This document shows positions 37,210-40,000 of a stretch of 40,000 nucleotides of DNA, one piece after another. The number at the start of each line of letters is the position of its first letter. Position 1 is the stretch's first letter. Position numbers and translations under genes: made by a program. A model generated the notes under the pieces. The model did not search any database, was not told the origin of the DNA, and saw nothing but the letters and a program-made list of their open reading frames with translations. Origin of the DNA: a crAssphage sp. isolate ctcc615; the sequence record MH552500.1, one strand, 5' to 3'.

Positions 37210-37734
37210 ATGGTACATCTTAATGTAAAAGGTAAGAACGGAGAATTTAATGTTAATCTTCCAACATCTATTGATGAGATTACAAAAGAGTATATAGCTG
37301 ATGTTACATCTGCTATAAATATTGCTCCTAATTATAGTCTTATTGGAACTATTTTTAGAGAAAAACTTTCTACTATTATTCTTTCTGCTAAAAGAAACAA
37401 TAAAGATGCTAGTGTAAGTGTTATTCCTGTTTTTGTTAAATGTGGAGAAACTGATGATACATTTATACAAAATCTTAATATAAAAGATAAACTTATTGTA
37501 TCTGCTAGCGATATAATGCTTGGTCATCATGTTAGTACTCCTAATAATCTTCTTACTATAAATACTCTTATGGAGATAATAGATGGAGATAGAGATATTT
37601 ATCAAAAGGTTAATGCAAATAGTGAATATTGTTATTTTATTGAATTTAAACTTATACCTAATTGCAATATTCATGGAGCTTATGATAATAAGAAAGTAAA
37701 TAGTATTACAACTACATTTGTAGAAAAAGTGTAA
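37210..37734 (+). CDS. Conserved hypothetical phage protein
   Basis: MVHLNVKGKNGEFNVNLPTSIDEITKEYI...; first gene of rightward block. Confidence 0.65.
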   Translation: MVHLNVKGKNGEFNVNLPTSIDEITKEYIADVTSAINIAPNYSLIGTIFREKLSTIILSAKRNNKDASVSVIPVFVKCGETDDTFIQNLNIKDKLIVSASDIMLGHHVSTPNNLLTINTLMEIIDGDRDIYQKVNANSEYCYFIEFKLIPNCNIHGAYDNKKVNSITTTFVEKV

Positions 37735-37746
37735 TCTAAATCTAAC

Positions 37747-38313
37747 ATGCCTTCTACGGGGGTGCTAATAAGCATTCCTGTAGAAGTTAAATTTAAAAGT
37801 ATTACAACAATGTCAGATGTATTTAAATTTCCTAATGGCTATGATGTTACTGTATGTAGAAAAAAAGATATACTAGATTGTATAGATAAAAACATCATAG
37901 ATAAAGAAGTAGCACATGCTATTGTAGAACATTGTGAAATACAAGCTGCTGAATTTATAAAAGAAGGTAGATGGGCTGGTATTCCTTTTATTGGAAGTAT
38001 AAGAAAATCTAAAAACAAAGAACTAATTAAAACTGATGAACAACAATTATTAATAAAAGATGCTAAAGAAAATCTTGAAAAAGATAAATATATTTTATTT
38101 AGAAAAACACTCAATATTGAAAATGCAAAACAGATAAAACAAGAACGATATTATAAATATATTACAAGTATTGCGATTAATAAAAATAGAAGACTCTATA
38201 AAAAACTTTGTAAAACAAAAGGTGAAATTTATGCTAGACTTTTTCTTTTTTGTTCTATGGAAGTAACTGCGTTAAATAATGAATATATTAATATTTATAA
38301 TAATGAATTATAA
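37747..38313 (+). CDS. IHF/HU-like DNA-binding protein
   Basis: KKDILDCIDKNIIDKEVAHAIVEHCEIQAAEFIKEGRWAGIPFIGSIRKSK resembles the HU/IHF core. Confidence 0.6.
   Translation: MPSTGVLISIPVEVKFKSITTMSDVFKFPNGYDVTVCRKKDILDCIDKNIIDKEVAHAIVEHCEIQAAEFIKEGRWAGIPFIGSIRKSKNKELIKTDEQQLLIKDAKENLEKDKYILFRKTLNIENAKQIKQERYYKYITSIAINKNRRLYKKLCKTKGEIYARLFLFCSMEVTALNNEYINIYNNEL
37750..37766 (-). repeat. Dispersed motif copy 9: AGCACCCCCGTAGAAGG
   Basis: At codons 2-7 of the IHF/HU-like gene. Confidence 0.85.
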
Positions 38314-38914
38314 ATTAATAATAGACAGCTTATTAATCATAGACGATAACGGAATGCCTAAAGCTCCTACTCTTCGTCAATTAATAGATAAAGATATTAG
38401 AGAGCTTTATTCTAGAGATAAAACTCCAGATAAGAAAAATTATATAGCTGAATGTATTGTTATATATTATCTTGGTGATCCTAAATCTCCTGCAAAACAA
38501 TCAGGACTTAGCGATCCTGAAGCTCTTAAAATGGCTATCGAACAAGCAGGTCTACATAAAAGTTACATACCGGATAAACTAGTTATTAGACTTATAAATC
38601 GTTATTATAATGAAAATATAACAGAAGCAGGAAAAGTTGTAGAGAATATTCTTAAAGGAATACACAATATAAATTTAAGTATAGATGTTATAAATACAGC
38701 ACTTAATGAAAAGCTAAATACAAATATTTCTTTAGAAGAAATTCCTAATGTTATGGCTTTAGTAGATGCTGTAAATAAAAAAGCTAGTGAATTACCATCT
38801 CTACTAAAGAAACTTGAAGAAGCTAAACAGAACCTTATGTATGAAAAAGAAACTGAACTTTCTAGGGGTGGTATGACAGTTCTTAGTAGTATGGATGCCG
38901 AAGATTACGTTTAA
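38303..38914 (+). CDS. Hypothetical phage protein (start MNYKLIIDS proposed)
   Basis: ORF following the IHF/HU-like gene. Confidence 0.6.
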   Translation: MNYKLIIDSLLIIDDNGMPKAPTLRQLIDKDIRELYSRDKTPDKKNYIAECIVIYYLGDPKSPAKQSGLSDPEALKMAIEQAGLHKSYIPDKLVIRLINRYYNENITEAGKVVENILKGIHNINLSIDVINTALNEKLNTNISLEEIPNVMALVDAVNKKASELPSLLKKLEEAKQNLMYEKETELSRGGMTVLSSMDAEDYV

Positions 38915-38917
38915 TAT

Positions 38918-39919
38918 ATGAGAGATGTAAGATACGATAATGTTTTTCTTTATTTCAAAGAAGAAGGACATAAATATAATGATTCTAATGGTAATAGTTA
39001 TACTTCTGTTACTACGTTGATTCATGACAATTATGTTCCTAAATTTAATAAAAAGTATTGGCTTCGTAAAAAAGCTAAAGAACTTGGAATAAGTGAAAAA
39101 CAATTAGAAAAACAATGGCAAGACATAACAGATGAAGCCTGTGCTAGAGGAACTATAACACACAATGGTATAGAAGATGCTATTAAAGAAGTTAGCATAT
39201 TTAAAAAAGCTATACAATATCTGAATAAAATAAACGATGGTCGTGTTGTTACTGTAGCTGATATTCCATATTTAAACGTAAAACCTCTTAATATAGAAGA
39301 ATTTAAAAAAGCTACAAATTATAAATATGCTGAGATTTATAGAGTTTTTCAATTTTATATAGATAGAGGTTATACTATTTATAGCGAAATAGGTGTTTTT
39401 CTTATAGATCATCTATTGTCAGGAACAATAGATATTCTTTGTATAAGAGATACGGATTTTGTAATACTCGATTGGAAAACTAATCGTAATGGTTTACAAT
39501 TTGAAGCTGGTTATTTTAAAAAAGATAAAACTCTAAAACCTGCACAACTAACTAACGAATATGTTACAAAAGCAGAATATATGCTTCCTCCTCTAAATTA
39601 TCTTCCTAATTGTAATGGTTATCATTATACTATGCAATTATCTATGTATGCTATAATGGTAGAACTTATATTAGGAATACCATGTGTAGGTTTGGGGCTT
39701 TGTCATATAGGTAGTCCTTTTATAAAAAATATATATGGTATGCCTTATAGGGATGAAAATAATCAATATCCTATAGATCCAAATGGTGAAGAAACAGTTG
39801 TTTGGTATAGAATTAATTATAGAAGAAAAGAAGCACAACTTGTATTAAATGATAGATTAGTTAAAGTAAAAGCAGATATAAATAATAAACCTACACAAAA
39901 AACATTATTTGATGTATGA
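38918..39919 (+). CDS. PD-(D/E)XK nuclease
   Basis: HNGIEDAIKEV..., LSGTIDILCIRDTDFVILDWKTNR: GxxD...DxK catalytic pattern with downstream QLSMYAIMVE. Confidence 0.85.
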   Translation: MRDVRYDNVFLYFKEEGHKYNDSNGNSYTSVTTLIHDNYVPKFNKKYWLRKKAKELGISEKQLEKQWQDITDEACARGTITHNGIEDAIKEVSIFKKAIQYLNKINDGRVVTVADIPYLNVKPLNIEEFKKATNYKYAEIYRVFQFYIDRGYTIYSEIGVFLIDHLLSGTIDILCIRDTDFVILDWKTNRNGLQFEAGYFKKDKTLKPAQLTNEYVTKAEYMLPPLNYLPNCNGYHYTMQLSMYAIMVELILGIPCVGLGLCHIGSPFIKNIYGMPYRDENNQYPIDPNGEETVVWYRINYRRKEAQLVLNDRLVKVKADINNKPTQKTLFDV

Positions 39920-40000
39920 AAGATAAACTATATATAAAATGTAAAAGTTGTAATTTTGAAAAACTTTTTAGTAAAAAAGGTTATTCTTATTTTACTAAAG
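39916..40000 (+). CDS. Partial gene running off the right edge; zinc-finger-like start
   Basis: MKDKLYIKCKSCNFEKLFSKKGYSYFTK... Confidence 0.5.
   Translation, partial: MKDKLYIKCKSCNFEKLFSKKGYSYFTK

Noticed and set aside
38858-38875. CTTTCTAGGGGTGGTATG as another motif copy
   Set aside because: Lacks the CG of the core (needs a gap), so not counted.
1-40000. CRISPR array, diversity-generating retroelement, integrase or transposase
   Set aside because: No regularly spaced repeats, no reverse transcriptase YxDD ORF and no integrase/transposase signature seen; the GIY-YIG gene is explained by the intron.

Overview
AT-rich window that reads as part of a crAss-like (Crassvirales-type) Bacteroidota phage genome. 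Three blocks: a rightward structural/late block (1-6.6 kb: 3' part of a giant virion-type ORF, two small ORFs, tRNA-Gln), a long leftward replication/nucleotide-metabolism block (about 36.2 to 7.2 kb: DNA polymerase B, SF1 helicase, SNF2-like protein, primase, WGR-containing ATP ligase, SSB-like, RecT-like, ThyX, dUTPase, UDG, DUF932, Gp157-like, PI-PLC-like, tRNA-Leu), and a rightward early block from 37.2 kb (conserved ORF, IHF/HU-like, PD-(D/E)XK nuclease). Main findings: (1) a group I intron of about 1060 nt, carrying a GIY-YIG ORF, splits the Dda-like SF1 helicase between HKS and QG of its conserved motif. All four P/Q/R/S core elements, a P1 helix with a U.G pair and a P10 pairing can be read from the sequence. 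(2) A GC-rich motif, GMCWCCCCCGTAGARG (reverse form CTTCTACGGGGGWGST), occurs nine times across 32 kb in both orientations, in intergenic and coding DNA and in different reading frames. (3) In-frame stops lie inside otherwise coding sequence: TAG at 16312 and 26221, TGA at 11403. TAG is almost never used as a terminal codon, suggesting readthrough or recoding. (4) A small ORF with the Acb2/Tad1 hairpin signature, a candidate cyclic-nucleotide sponge. (5) A GC-rich paralogue cassette flanked by paired direct repeats in the otherwise gene-poor divergent region. (6) A dispersed element of about 87 nt with two anchor blocks at identical spacing. All product calls come from reading the sequence by eye; no database search was run.
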